Origin: Asterias rubens
Lineage: Eukaryota
DNA length: 64,000 nucleotides
Direction: 5' to 3'
Assembly (NCBI RefSeq): GCF_902459465.1
Contig: NW_022985693.1
Span: 1,240,001 to 1,304,000, forward strand
The first letter of the stretch is position 1, and each line of letters opens with the position of its first letter. Made by a program: the position numbers and the translations under genes. The notes below the pieces were generated by a model. The model was not told where the DNA came from. It did not search any database and worked only from the letters and a program-made list of their open reading frames with translations. Shown here in pieces: positions 1 through 13,200 of the stretch.

Positions 1-331
1 TATGCTCTGATCGTCTTCAGTTGAAACCAACGGTTCTTTTCAGAACCACCCCAACTCATCAGAGATAGTCATTACATGGTGTTACCGCAAACCTTTCTAT
101 ATCATCAATAATGTATCTTATTTCATCTTATTTTATCTTATTGCATTTTGCAAATAAATCTATCAATAATGTCTGTCTTTAAACCTTGTTTCTGCGTTAG
201 CTGATTCCATTGAAGCTCAGTTTTATAATAGACTGAACATACCTGAGTTGAATGGGAAAGCTCAAGCTGAGGTCTTATTTGACGAGTTGAACTAATGGTC
301 ACTCTTATTGGTCATTGTTATCTTGCTATAG

Positions 332-1216
332 AGTGGAGTACCATACATGCGTGAAGGTTGTATGGAACGTTGTACTTGTGAGAATAGAGAGATAAACTGT
401 GAAGGAGTCATGTGCCATCATAATGCCTCATGTGCCCTAGAAGATGGAGACATTGGATGCCACTGTGATGAGGGATTCCTAGGAAATGGAATGGAGTGCA
501 TGAGTTAGTATCATACTAGAATCATATTAATCAATGGCCTTACTCTAGTGTAGTAGGTAAAGTATACCATTGGTTTTCAGAACTGTTTGGTTGTTTCATT
601 TCATTTTTAAAAGGTGGTAGTTTTTCGTGAATATGTCCACGCAGGAAGAACTATCCTTGACAGGAATACACAACCTGAGGAACCCGACTGCAATAATGCT
701 TCTCAGATATGAATTTTGGGGCATTAAATTTATACCTTATTACATATCCACATTACTTCAAAGTGAAACTTTTCTCAAAATGCCTCCACTATGAGAGCTA
801 CTGTAGGCTTCTAACCAAAAGTTTGTATTGCCGTGAATTTTAGTAGTTGTACGTACTGTACCTTCCTTTTTACAGGTTTTTAAATCCTAGAAAAAACAAG
901 CTGTGAAAAAAAAAATGAGATCAAAGAGGATTTTTTTTGTTCTTTCGAGTGGAGTTATTCTACTCCGTTTATTCAACAAACGACAACATTCATCACTTAA
1001 TCAACATTAATAAAGAAGCGCAACTGCTATTACATACAAGTATATAATATTAGAGCTTTGTTACAATTGGTTAAACTGATATATTTTTTGTTTCATTAGA
1101 TGACCCTTGTGACCCTAACCCATGTGAAAATGACGGGCGATGTTCTCCAACCCCAGATATGATGTCTTATATGTGCACTTGCATTGGGCGATGGGCAGGG
1201 CAGAATTGTGATGAAG
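332..1216 (+). CDS. Exons 1-2 in window: TILa/EGF-like and EGF domains ending an upstream repeat unit
   Basis: SGVPYMREGCMERCTCENREINCEGVMCHHNASC...CHCDEGFLGNGMEC and NDPCDPNPCENDGRC...CTCIGRWAGQNCDE; canonical splice sites. Confidence 0.88.
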
Positions 1217-4200
1217 GTAATTAATATTTAGAAACTTTTTACAGCAAAGTGAACATTGAATTGGTTGTTATTATGACCAATCATGCATCCATTGAATAAT
1301 GCTTTCACAATAAAAGTTGCATGTAATGATTACAACGATTGTTTAAACTGACTGCAGAATTAATATATTTCTTCCTCTCTGTTACTACAATCTTCTTCTT
1401 TTGAGTCCATCATCTACTCTACTTAAAATAATTGACAGCCCTCTCATTTGCTGTCATCAGATCTTCTTGGGAGCACTGCTCCTTGGGGGATGGGCATCAA
1501 AGGTGTGGCATTGATTGGGGTGGTGTGCCACAATCGCATTTGGTGTCATCATCATCGGTGTATTCTTATTTCTTCATGTTTGTCTTGCATTGTCCCACCT
1601 CTGTACATAGTCTATTGAGGGACTTCCATGTTCTCCAGTCCTGCTTATGTTCAATATACAATTGTTGCACGTTGTAACAGGGTCCATGGTGTTTTGTACA
1701 CTCGAGGGGAATTCGCCTTGGGTGCCATTTGCCCCCGAGGGTGTACAAAACCCATGGACCCCATCACAGTGTGCAACAATTGTTTTGTTATACCTTGGTA
1801 AAATTTGTATTCCTCTTCTCGAAGTTCTGTTGTCATCTTCAAACATTTTTATGACGGAGTATGCAGTGGTTTAATAAGCAGATAAACAGTTGTTCATCTA
1901 AGAAACAATTCTTCACTGTTCCCTCGAACCCGCAGCTGTTTTGTAAAAAGCGCTGGAAATCGACCAGCGGTGGGACGATCAAGGTATAATGTACACCGGT
2001 AAACAAAACTCATGTTACCATCCGCACTGTGCAGCCATTGTACATCTGATTTTGTATCAAACTTCACAATTTTTTACCGAGGTATAACAATGATATACTT
2101 AATACAATGATGTAATATCATGTATTTTAATTGAATTACAGGTGTAGGTGATTGCACACAGAGTGAGCAAAACTACCGTACATTTGATGGAAAGACATAC
2201 ACCTTCTATGGTGGTTGTTCATACGTTTTACTCCAGCCATGTTCGCAGAGTGATGTGGATTTCCGTGTCATTGTTGAGAAGGAACCTGATGAAGACATCC
2301 CAAGGCTGTCCAATACCAAAGCTGTCCATGTTGAAATCTTTGGCAAGGTAATATTCTTTTCTTGTCCATCTTCATTACAAAGTTGTTTTTAAAATGATAT
2401 TAATAATATAACAATAGTGGCAATATAGTGTGAGACCAATTCCTTTACATAATTCAGCTTTGTGCTGCCAATTTTTTTTTTAAAATAAAAATGGATGAAT
2501 GAATGAATGAATGAATAAAACCATGTAATGGTTTACAAGGTGCTGTGGCACAATATGCAGCCAGTCAAACCAGGGCAAACCATCCGAAGGACGCAGCACT
2601 GATGACTTGGATTGAAACCCACGCTCTACTGATCCGCTACATCAGAGCTTGAATCCGGTGCTCTTAATCGTTCGGCCACGACTCGCCATATTGATCATTG
2701 GTTATGACTGTGAATCAATTAATAGTTTTATTTTCATTTGGTTATTCATTCCTCTGTATGACTAATCTCTTGAAAAGTAGATCACATTTTAATATAAATA
2801 GCTAGATTATTAACTGTTTTTTTCTGTGTTGATTATTTTGTCATCTTAGGCAATTATTCTCAAGCAAGATTTAGAAGTTGAAGTTGATGGGCAGCTTGTT
2901 AACCTTCCTTACGCCTCTGGTACAGACTTTACTATGGGGCAATTTGGAAGCATAATGGTAAGGCTTTTTACTGTTGAGTTGCACAATATCAATGTTGCTT
3001 CAGATGCTTTCCTACCTCATGAAACAAATTCCATAGAGACCAAGAATACAGGGAGAAAAGGACAGCCATGAGAGACAACTCTTTCAAAAGCCAAGCTCAT
3101 TATTTGATTTACATTTTTAACTTATCGGTTGTACTTTCCAAACCTGTTACCCTCTAATAAAGATCCTTGCCTGTTCACCAGCAACAATTTACAATTTTCT
3201 CCAAAATAATCTTACTTCTCAGATAATGGTTGAAAAGTTTTATCTGCAGTTAATCATAGAAAGTATTTTGTATTTATTCAGGTATTGACAACCAACTTCG
3301 GCTTGGTAATCGTATGGGATGGTAAATTCTTTGTAGACATCACACTACCTCTTTCCTATGGAGGAACAACTTGTGGTTTGTGTGGCAATTTCAATGAGGA
3401 TCCTGAGGATGACTTTGGTGAAGTAAGTTGATGTTGTGTAAGGAGGATATCCTTCTCTTCACATTCTCTTATTTATTCATCGTAGTACACTGGGATTTAT
3501 TGTAAAGACCAGACACTGGCCTCTTGTAGCACTTCTTTCTGAGAGCGAGACTATTGCACAAATCAAATTTTTGTTTTTATTCATTGTCCTTAAAATGAAG
3601 TTTTAGAGAAGAAAAAATGATTAATATAGAATATGGCATTATGTAGAATGATTTGATGATTTGATCAGGTCGCCTCCCATACCAGAGACTTTGGCTGTGG
3701 GGCTTGCCTGCTGTGGCAATGTTGCACATTTTGAGATCTGGCCAAAGACATGTTAAAATGGATACAGCCTTATTGGCATGGCATTTATTTATTTGACCCT
3801 GTTGTCCCAACAGCACAACAATGCATACGAGTTTGCCGAGGACTGGATTACTAATGACGAAACATGCGATTCACCCTCGGAGCCATTTGAACCTTGTGAA
3901 GAGAAACCTGAACTAGTTGCTGAAGCTGTGGAAAAATGCTCAATCATCCTAGCACCGAACAGTAGGTTCCACTTTGTAGAATTTTGTATTTTATAGACCC
4001 TTATAGACCTTTTCCGAAATACCTTTTGCTAACTGCTGAATGAGGAACTTGATCTCTAGCTAGACCAGCATGCACCTCTTCCCATGCCAAAATGCACGTA
4101 CAGAGTATTTGCGATATGGTCTATGATGTCACATTTTCAAAAAGCGCCCATATCTAAAGCCAAAAAGTGCCCTCACTAAGGCAAAAGGAAACAATTTGTT

Positions 4201-7200
4201 GGACAAGGCTGTTCCTAGTGCATAAAATGTGCGACCTCAGGGACCTGTGGCGTTGTGCACGTGAGCTCTGTGTCCTGTGGCATTTTGCAATATGCAAGGG
4301 GTCTATTACTATATGTTCATGTCATAGTGTTGAATGCTAATATACCGGGTGAGTCATAAAAAACGCAATCACTGGATGGGAGCTATTTTTTTAAGAACAA
4401 CAAAAATCCTAAACAAATAATTTCCATATCTAAGTAGGTCATGGATTTACCTTTACAATGGTGGAAGCATGGGGATGATTTATGAAGATGTTCCAGAGAT
4501 ATGCTTATTTAAAATCGGATGGCCTAAAAACAATTCTGTCCAAAAAGGACAGTGCAAATATTACATTGCAAACTTTGCGCATGCTTGCTGATCATTGCGA
4601 AATAACCTTCTGAATTTTTTTAAACACGTTGCACGAGAGAATGGAAGATAAATACGTTATAGTATGCGCCCTTCGGTCTAGTTGGATATGGGACGCAGAA
4701 ACGCTAAATTTTTCTGTGGTCCACGTGCGTGATATTGATATGATCCTATTTTTGTTGTCACAGTTGCCTGCCCTTCAGGTTGGATTGCAAAAGATGACAA
4801 CGGTATAAACAAATGCTACTACATCAAGACTCTAGAAGACCCTTTGACCTTTGCCTCTGCACAGCTTGAATGTAGAAAGCTTGGTGGTGAGCTGCTTGAT
4901 GTTGAGAGTGAAGGAGAAGATTCTTTCATTGCGAAGAATACTGGCGTGTCGTCTTATTGGGTGTCTTGTAATGATCGAGATGAAGAAGGACAATGGAGAT
5001 GTCATAAATCTCTTGACGATCATTGGTATCTCAATACTACAGAGAATGAAGGATATTGGCGTAAGTAGTGTCACCTACATTGTGTAAAAGCCTAAGGCAT
5101 AAAAACTTGCTAAGCACAGAAAAAATCTTGCTTAACAGAAACTGGTTACCAGCAAAATATTCATAAAGTTTACATTATTGCGACTAGTGCTCCACTCATT
5201 ATTTGCTTAGCAAAGAAATTTGCTAGGCAGTATTCCGTTATTTGGTTTTTACTCTTCATCGATGTGTGTAAGCTCTGTATACTCGGTACTTTCCCAAGTT
5301 CTGAGAAAAAATAGCAGTTGATTAGCAGCTTCATGAAATTGGACCCAGGATATATTATATATCAAATTTGCTTTTTGTTTGTTTCAACTAATATGTTTGA
5401 TTATATTTCTATTTTCCAGCATGGGTTGAAGGTGAGCCCAACAATGGAGGTTCTTCTTCCATAGACTCTGACTGCATTAAGGTTGAACCACCAAATCAAT
5501 GGCAAGACGTTTCCTGTAGTGCAACAGTGCAAAATCTTATCTGTCAGTTGGTCCGACCTCCCAAATTTCAAAGTAAGAACCATTGCATCAATTGTACTTT
5601 TAATTCATTAGTCTCATGATGACTAAATAATAATAATAATAAGATTTTAATATTAATAAATAATATTAATAAATAATAAGACATATCCACCCTGCTGGGT
5701 GTTCAAGACATCTAAACTTGTAACTCAAATGACTAATGTTTTCATGTGTTGTTATCCACTCAGATGCATTTGAAGCATGTCATGAGGTGCTACCACCAAG
5801 GCTGGTCTTTGAATCCTGTATCACTAGTCTTTGTGCAACGCTACCTGCTGAGGAACATCTCTGTAGGTCTGTTGAGTTATATGCTGATGAGTGTCGTCTT
5901 CATGGGGTGGATGTTAAGCCATGGAGATCCAGAGATCTATGCGGTAAGTTTTATACAACCATACAGTTTGGGGCATGTAATGCACGTATCAATTGTAGTC
6001 CCGGACCCGGGACTTTGGCAGAGGTAGCCGGGACATAGACAGGGATGTGCAAAAACCGTGCCCCACCCTACCAGGAAAATAGCGGGGTCTTTGGCGAGGT
6101 TGTAAAATTTGTTTCCCCGCCCTACTGGGACAATAGCGGGGTCTTTGGCGAGGCTGTATAATTTGTTTCCCCGCCCTACCGGGACAGTAGCGGGGTCTTT
6201 GGCGAGGCTGTATAATTTGTTTCCTCGCCCTACCGGGACAGTAGCGGGGTCTTTGGCGAGGCTGTAAAGTTTGTTTCCTCGCCCTACCGCGACAGTAGCG
6301 GGGTCTTTGGCGAAGCTGTATAATTTGTTTCCCCGCCCTACCGGGACAGTAGCGGGGTCTTTGGCGAGGCTGTATGATTTGTTTCCTCGCCCTACCGGGA
6401 CAGTAGCGGGTCTTTGGCGAGGCTGTATAATTTGTTTCCCCGCCCTACCGGGACAGTAGCGGGGTCTTTGGCGAGGCTGTAAAGTTTGTTTCCCCGCCCT
6501 ACCGGGACAGTAGCGGGGTCTTTGGCGAGGCTGTAAAGTTTGTTTCCCCGCCCTACCGGGACAGTAGCGGGGTCTTTGGCGAGGCTGTAAAATTTGTTTC
6601 CCCGCCCTACCGGGACAGTAGCGGGGTCTTTGGCGAGGCTGTATAATTTGTTTCCTCGCCCTACCGGGACAGTAGCGGGGTCTTTGGCGAGGCTGTAAAG
6701 TTTGTTTCCCCGCCCTACCGGGACAGTAGCAGGGTCTTTGGCGAGGCTGTATAATTTGTTTCCCCGCCCTACCGGGACAGTAGCGGGGTCTTTGGCGAGG
6801 CTGTATAATTTGTTTCCCCGCCCTACCGGGACAGTAGCGGGGTCTTTGGCGAGGCTGTAAAGTTTGTTTCCCCGCCCTACCGGGACAGTAGCGGGGTCTT
6901 TCGCGAGGTTGTAAAGTTTGTTTCCCCGCCCTACCGGGACAGTAGCGAGGTCTTTGGCGAGGCTGTATAATTTGTTTCCTCGCCCTACCGGGACAGTAGC
7001 GGGGTCTTTGGCGAGGTTGTAAAGTTTGTTTCCCCGCCCTACCGGGACAGTAGCGGGGTCTTTGGCGAGGCTGTATAATTTTTTTCCCCGCCCTACCGGG
7101 ACAGTAGCGGGGTCTTTGGCGAGGCTGTAAAGTTTGTTTCCCCGCCCTACCGGGACAGTAGCGGGGTCTTTGGCGAGGCTGTAAAGTTTGTTTCCTCGCC

Positions 7201-10200
7201 CTACCGGGACAGTAGCGGGGTCTTTGGCGAGGCTGTATAATTTGTTTCCTCGCCCTACCGGGACAGTAGCGGGGTCTTTGGCGAGGCTGTATAATTTGTT
7301 TCCCCGCCCTACCGGGACAGTAGCGGGGTCTTTGGCGAGGTTGTAAAGTTTGTTTCCCCGCCCTACCGGGACAGTAGCGGGGTCTTTGGCGAGGCTGTAT
7401 AATTTGTTTCCCCGCCCTACCGGGACAGTAGTGGGGTCTTTGGCGAGGCTGTATAATTTGTTTCCCCGCCCTACCGGGACAATAGCGGGGACATACCTAG
7501 CCGTGAATGAAAAGCTGTCCATATTTCGTCGACGCACAGCCAGCAGTGGCCTGGTTCGATTCGATCGGTCTCTGCGCACATCCGATGTAACCAGTTTTGT
7601 TTCTGGGTTTTGCGGTTAAACGTTATATTGAACAAAATTATTTGTGTATTCATTACAAAAGCTAAAATATGTTTTATAAAAATTGTAATGAGTATTTCTA
7701 TTGTTCACATTTCTTCAAAGATATAATTTAAAACAAACATTTCATTTAAAAAAGAAAAACAATTGTATGTTCTTCGGACAAAGTATTGACTAAAAAACAA
7801 CGGTGGAAATGATAGACGCACATTAATTTGCAGCTGAGCGTTCCCATCAGCGGCTCTCTGCTGCAAGCAAGGGGTAAATAGACATCAGTCAGAACAAATG
7901 CCCTGCATGCCGGGACTGGGATTGTGCAAGGTTTGTAACAAATGCCCCGCATGTCGGGGCTGGGATCGTGCTGAAGATGTGATAATATGCCCCGCATGCC
8001 GGGGCAAGTGTATAGCCGGGGATGTACAAAAACAAGTGCCCCGACAGGCCGGGCAGTAGAGGGGCATGGCAGGGACTATCACGCTGAGCCATTTTTACAT
8101 CCCCGGCCAAGTCGCCGCTAGTCCCAATTGATACGTGCATAATGGTGGAGTGGCACTGGAAAGTAACTTGATTTGTTGACTGGAAAAGTCTGTCTGCTGT
8201 TTAGGTCAACTATCCAAAATTAAGTTGTATACAACCATACAGTTTGGGGCATGTAATGGTGGAGTGGCACTGAAAAGTAACTTGATTTGTTGACTGGAAA
8301 AGTCCGCTGTTTAAGTCAACTATCCAAAATTAATTTGTAATGTTACTTTAAAAGATTAACAAATTGCAGCGTTGTGTTAGCTGTTGCAAGTGTTTTAACT
8401 ATATTTTTCAAATTTATAGAAGTTCATTGTGCAGAATACAAACAAGATATTCCTGCTAGCCAGGATGAATGAATCAAATGGTACTTCAAAGTGACCTCTC
8501 TGTATTCAATGATAATTCTTGCAGCACTGGAGTGTCCTGAGCATTCTTTCTACAGTCAATGTGTGAGTCTCTGTCAACCAACATGTGCACAACCAGACAG
8601 GACGTGTGATAACCAATGTGAACCTGGCTGCCAATGTGATGCAGGATTGTTACATCAAGGAAATGATTGTATATCACCAGATCAATGTGGATGCTTCTTG
8701 GAAGACTCGGGCGAATTCTTTCTGGTACTTGTCATGAATCTTCTTAATTATTACCAAATTTGTACCTAGTCATTCTGTTTGGTTTTGCTTGTAATCTGCG
8801 TTTGCATGTGGGTTACAACAAGCCTTGGCTTCTAGAGGAAACACATGTACCATTGTAGTGCTTTTTTCTTAACTTGATTATGTTTTTTAATTAGATGTTG
8901 TTATTTTGACACATTTTTCACTGAGAATGTAAACAACTGCATTCTGGAATTGACACAAATTTGTAATGGTTAAAATACGAAGCAATGCGGTGACTTACCT
9001 AACAAATTATTGCTTAGTACTTTATCCCTTTGTTGCTTCAGCCGGGTCGATGGCGCATAACAGAAAACTGCACTCAGATATGTACCTGCACACCGGGTGG
9101 GGAATTTGAATGTGAAGACATCAATTGTGTTGACAATGCTACCTGTGTATTCGATGATGTCTACAAATGTGAATGTTCAGATGGTTTCTTCTTTATGGAT
9201 GGTGAATGCAGACGTAAGTCAATGATGAGTGACTAAAAAGTTATTTTAAGCATTAATTTTAAGGGTTATTGTGTACTTCACACTTAACCTGAACTTCTTT
9301 GTGAAAGGTTTTGTGTTCTTGTTAACCCTTTTCTTACCATAGCCGACTGCACTCATATACATGTACCCTCTTCCTTATCATTGGTGACCATTTTTAATAA
9401 AGTTGTAGTTTTGTCACTATTTACCCTCCATACCCTAGCTTACCATCATTTGAAAGAGTGAGATCATATCTTTCCAATAATGGTAAAATAAAATATGGTT
9501 GTTGTTTATCAATCTCAAATTTGAGTTGTAAGATCCGAATTACCTGCACCTACATAGCGCATTATGGCTGTTTACAAAAGGTGTTTGAGATTACAGATCA
9601 CACTGAGTGAAGAAAAAAACAAAGAACTGTGGCATTTATTGACCAATCCCAATGTTTTTTTTATTATACCAAAGTGAATTTAATAAGTAAGAACTTTTCT
9701 TAAAATTGCCCTTTAAAGCAGTCATCAACGGTTGTTTATGTCTAAGCAGTTCGTTAACGAAAGGGTTAAAAGAAAACATAAAGCAGACTTTTAAAACTGA
9801 TGGTGTGTTTTAGTTGTTTATAATTTTGTGTATTATATTCATGTCCTTATTTCTAACTATGAACTTATTGAATTTGAATTGATTGAAGAGATCTAAAGGA
9901 GCCACATTGATTGTGTGTGTTTTTGGTTGACAGCTGATGCCTGTACAGATAACCCATGTGAACACGGCGGCCAATGTGAAGCTATCAATACTGAATCATT
10001 CAAATGTTGCTGTCCTTACGGCTACACAGGAGATTTGTGTGAAAAGGGTAAGTTCAAATGGAAGGTATCATAACTTTGGTAATTATTCTTAAAGTTAATG
10101 GCAATAAAAACCTTTGTAGAAAGCCAACAGCAGCATTTGATACTATAAAGTATTTTGAGAAACACTTCACTTCGAAGTAATGCGGTATGTAAAAAGATAA

Positions 10201-13200
10201 CAAATGTCATGCCCCAAAGTAACGGTTCTCATTTCTATTGGGGATTATTTTTCCTGTGTGGATACATTTGCTCCAGAATTTCAGCAATGTCTCAAAAACG
10301 TGACAACATTTTGAAATGAAATCTACAGTTATATAGGATTAAGACAATCGTACAGTTAAAAAAATACAAAAGATATACTTTGCCTTTAAAGAAGTTTTTG
10401 ATTGGTACCTTCTTGTTGTTGTTCATGAAGTGATTGCTTGTGGTGTGAATGTTTAAGCAAACAAGTTATTTAGTTGTTATTGTTGTGATTATATTCCAGA
10501 GGATGCATGGTGTAAAACCAGTGGAGCTCACGTCATTCGCACATTCAAAACAACCTTCTACTCTTACTACTCTGACTGTGTCATGACGCTTGCTCAACAT
10601 TGCCCTGAAAATGACGATGTAGAACCCTTGTTCAAAATCATCAAGAAGAATCACAAACATGATCTGAGAAAAGAGGCATTTGAAGTGTCCTGGATACGGA
10701 TTCACATTCATGATCTGGTAACAATTATTACTCTCATTGTGATGCTTTTGTTGCTTGTACATTGCAGAAATAAGAAAGTGCTGTTTGGAAAATATGCTAC
10801 TGATGATTTAACTGATAATCTTCCACAATATGAACTGAAATCACACACACATTGCAATCTCTTAATTTTTAATTCTAGGTAATTGAACTACAACCAGGCA
10901 AAGGTGTCACCGTGAATGAAATCTGGAAGAACTTGCCCATAACAAACTATGATGGTGTTCAAATCCAACAGTCTGGACTCAATGTGGTAGGTATTTTTCT
11001 ATACAAACCAAGGGTATACTTTGTTTCTCATGTGAGTTTTCAGTTGATTTCCCTCCCTCGTTAGGTGTCATTTATTGATTGTTTGAGCCAGGAAAAGCCA
11101 TTGAATTGAATGCTGTTGGAGACATTTGACTCTTCACTACTTTGTTCTTCAGTGTAATTTTTAATTTTTTTTTTAAAGCCATTCAATATTTAAAAATTGA
11201 ACTTTGGGGTAGGAAGGTGGGTCAAAAGACTTTCAAAAAGATTTTTTTTTTTTTTAACATTGTCTATTCTGAATGGCCATTGTTAGGTAAGTTTACATCC
11301 TGTTTTATTTCAGGACCTGAAATTTGAGTTTGGTTTGTGGATCAACTGGAATGGATATACAGACATCTTAATACATGTCGATGAAGAACTCAAAGAACAA
11401 GTATGTGGCATATGTGGCCGCTATGATGACTATGATGAAATGCACGACAATGACTTTTTCACTAATAATGGAAACACGGTAAGCTCCTCACTGTAGCGTG
11501 CAGTTAAAGGCAGGATGCACTTTTGGTATTTGTCGATGACTAGTTTCCTCACTTGGGTTATCCCAACATATGCATTAATTAACAATCAAATTAAAGTTGC
11601 AGGACAAAAATTAAGGAAAGACACTGTTGGTGTATACAAGTTTTCAGATGCCTGAGAAAGGATTCATACCTGAGGGGAAAAAATTGCCTCTTTATCTGAA
11701 ACTTCTTTATTTAAAAGGGTTATTTCTAAAAATGTTCTATATATTAACAGCTCCCTATAGTGATCTTTACCAAGTAAGATTTCATTGTCACTTATTTTTA
11801 AATTAATTACCAAATGTACACCCTCCCTTTAATTGTAATGTTTTCCTATTTCTTAAGTTCTTTTAATGTTTTGTTTTATCAACTCAGCCAAGTACAGTTT
11901 AAAGATCAAAGTAATATCAAAATATCATAATACTTTAGTGCTTTTCACACCCCTAAGGGGTGTATCAAAGCGCACAGTGTTTTTTCTTGCAAGCAATGTG
12001 GAACTTCGAGGAATGTGGAACTTCGATTTGAGGTATGAGACCTAATTCTTTGAAGCACTGTGTAATGGTTTGTTTTCTATCAGACCAGGCCCCGATTTCA
12101 CGAAACTCATCGCAAGTAGCGACGCATCGTAGGGTTTGCGATGCGTCGCAGACCTAAGACACGTCGCGGCTGCGACGAGTTCCACAATCCATTTCACCAA
12201 ACAAGTCGTAAGCGCGACGAGTCGCAATACAAACTGATTTCACTCTTAATAAAAACAACCTTATGGACGAGGATGAACTTCTAAAGTTCTGCGGCTGTTT
12301 TATGTTGTGTACAGCTTGGTCATGAAACAGTCGTGTATAATAGTTCATTCAAGATGGCAGACACTCAACCATTTCGGACTAGTGGTTAGGTTTGGGTTTT
12401 TTTGGTTGGTTTATAATTATTTATTCGTTGAGTTGTTTTAGTTTGTGTGTTCGTTTGTCATGCGTGTGTTTGTTTTCTTTTCTTTTACCCGTTTTTTTTT
12501 TTTTTTTTTTTTTTTGGGGGAGGGTAAATTTCCATTCGTTGTCTAGTGTCTTCCCGATTGGTTCACGGAAGTTACGTGTGGTAATTGTTATGTCCTTTCA
12601 TGCATTTTGTGCGTAACCAAATGAAACATCGCATTCTTACGACGACCCTATGGGTCGTCGTAACTTACGACTTGTCCTTCCTCGTTGTCAAGGAACTTGC
12701 GACAGATCCAACGCATCGTAACTTTGATGAAATTGATTTCATACGCATCGCAACTTACAACGTGTAACCGGTCGCAACTTGCACTTGCGACGCGTCGCAG
12801 CGCTTCATGAAATCGGGGGCAGGAACACCGGGGCTACCCCTTTTTTTTTTTTGATAAGTGCACTGTTTTTTCTTTGCGTGTGTTACACAACACAGGGGAC
12901 CAATGGTTTTATGTAGCATCGGATAGATGGTTAAGTTTCTTGCTTAAGGACACAAGTGTTGTGAATGGAACTCAAATCAACACTCTGCTGAACAGAAACA
13001 CCAGATTTTAAATGTGGTGTTCTTAACGGCTCGGCCCCAACACTTCCACAAATTGAACCAAGGGTCCAGGCTCTGTACAAGCCTAGGCTTTTTCCTAGTG
13101 CCCTCCTCGTATCACCCTTTGTTCTTTTGTCTTGTATGTTTTATGATTATTTATTGTGATATTTGGAAATAAAAAACAAACAAACAAAGTATTCTCCACA

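Noticed and set aside
1432-1874. Cluster of overlapping short ORFs on both strands
   Set aside because: Explained by the decayed LINE tail and the palindrome; no splice sites fit gene 1.
6392-7579. 395-aa minus-strand ORF of LAKDPATVPVGRGNKLYS repeats
   Set aside because: It is the translation of a 54-bp (multiple of 3) minisatellite inside a transposon; it has no domain, no splice context and no sign of coding selection.
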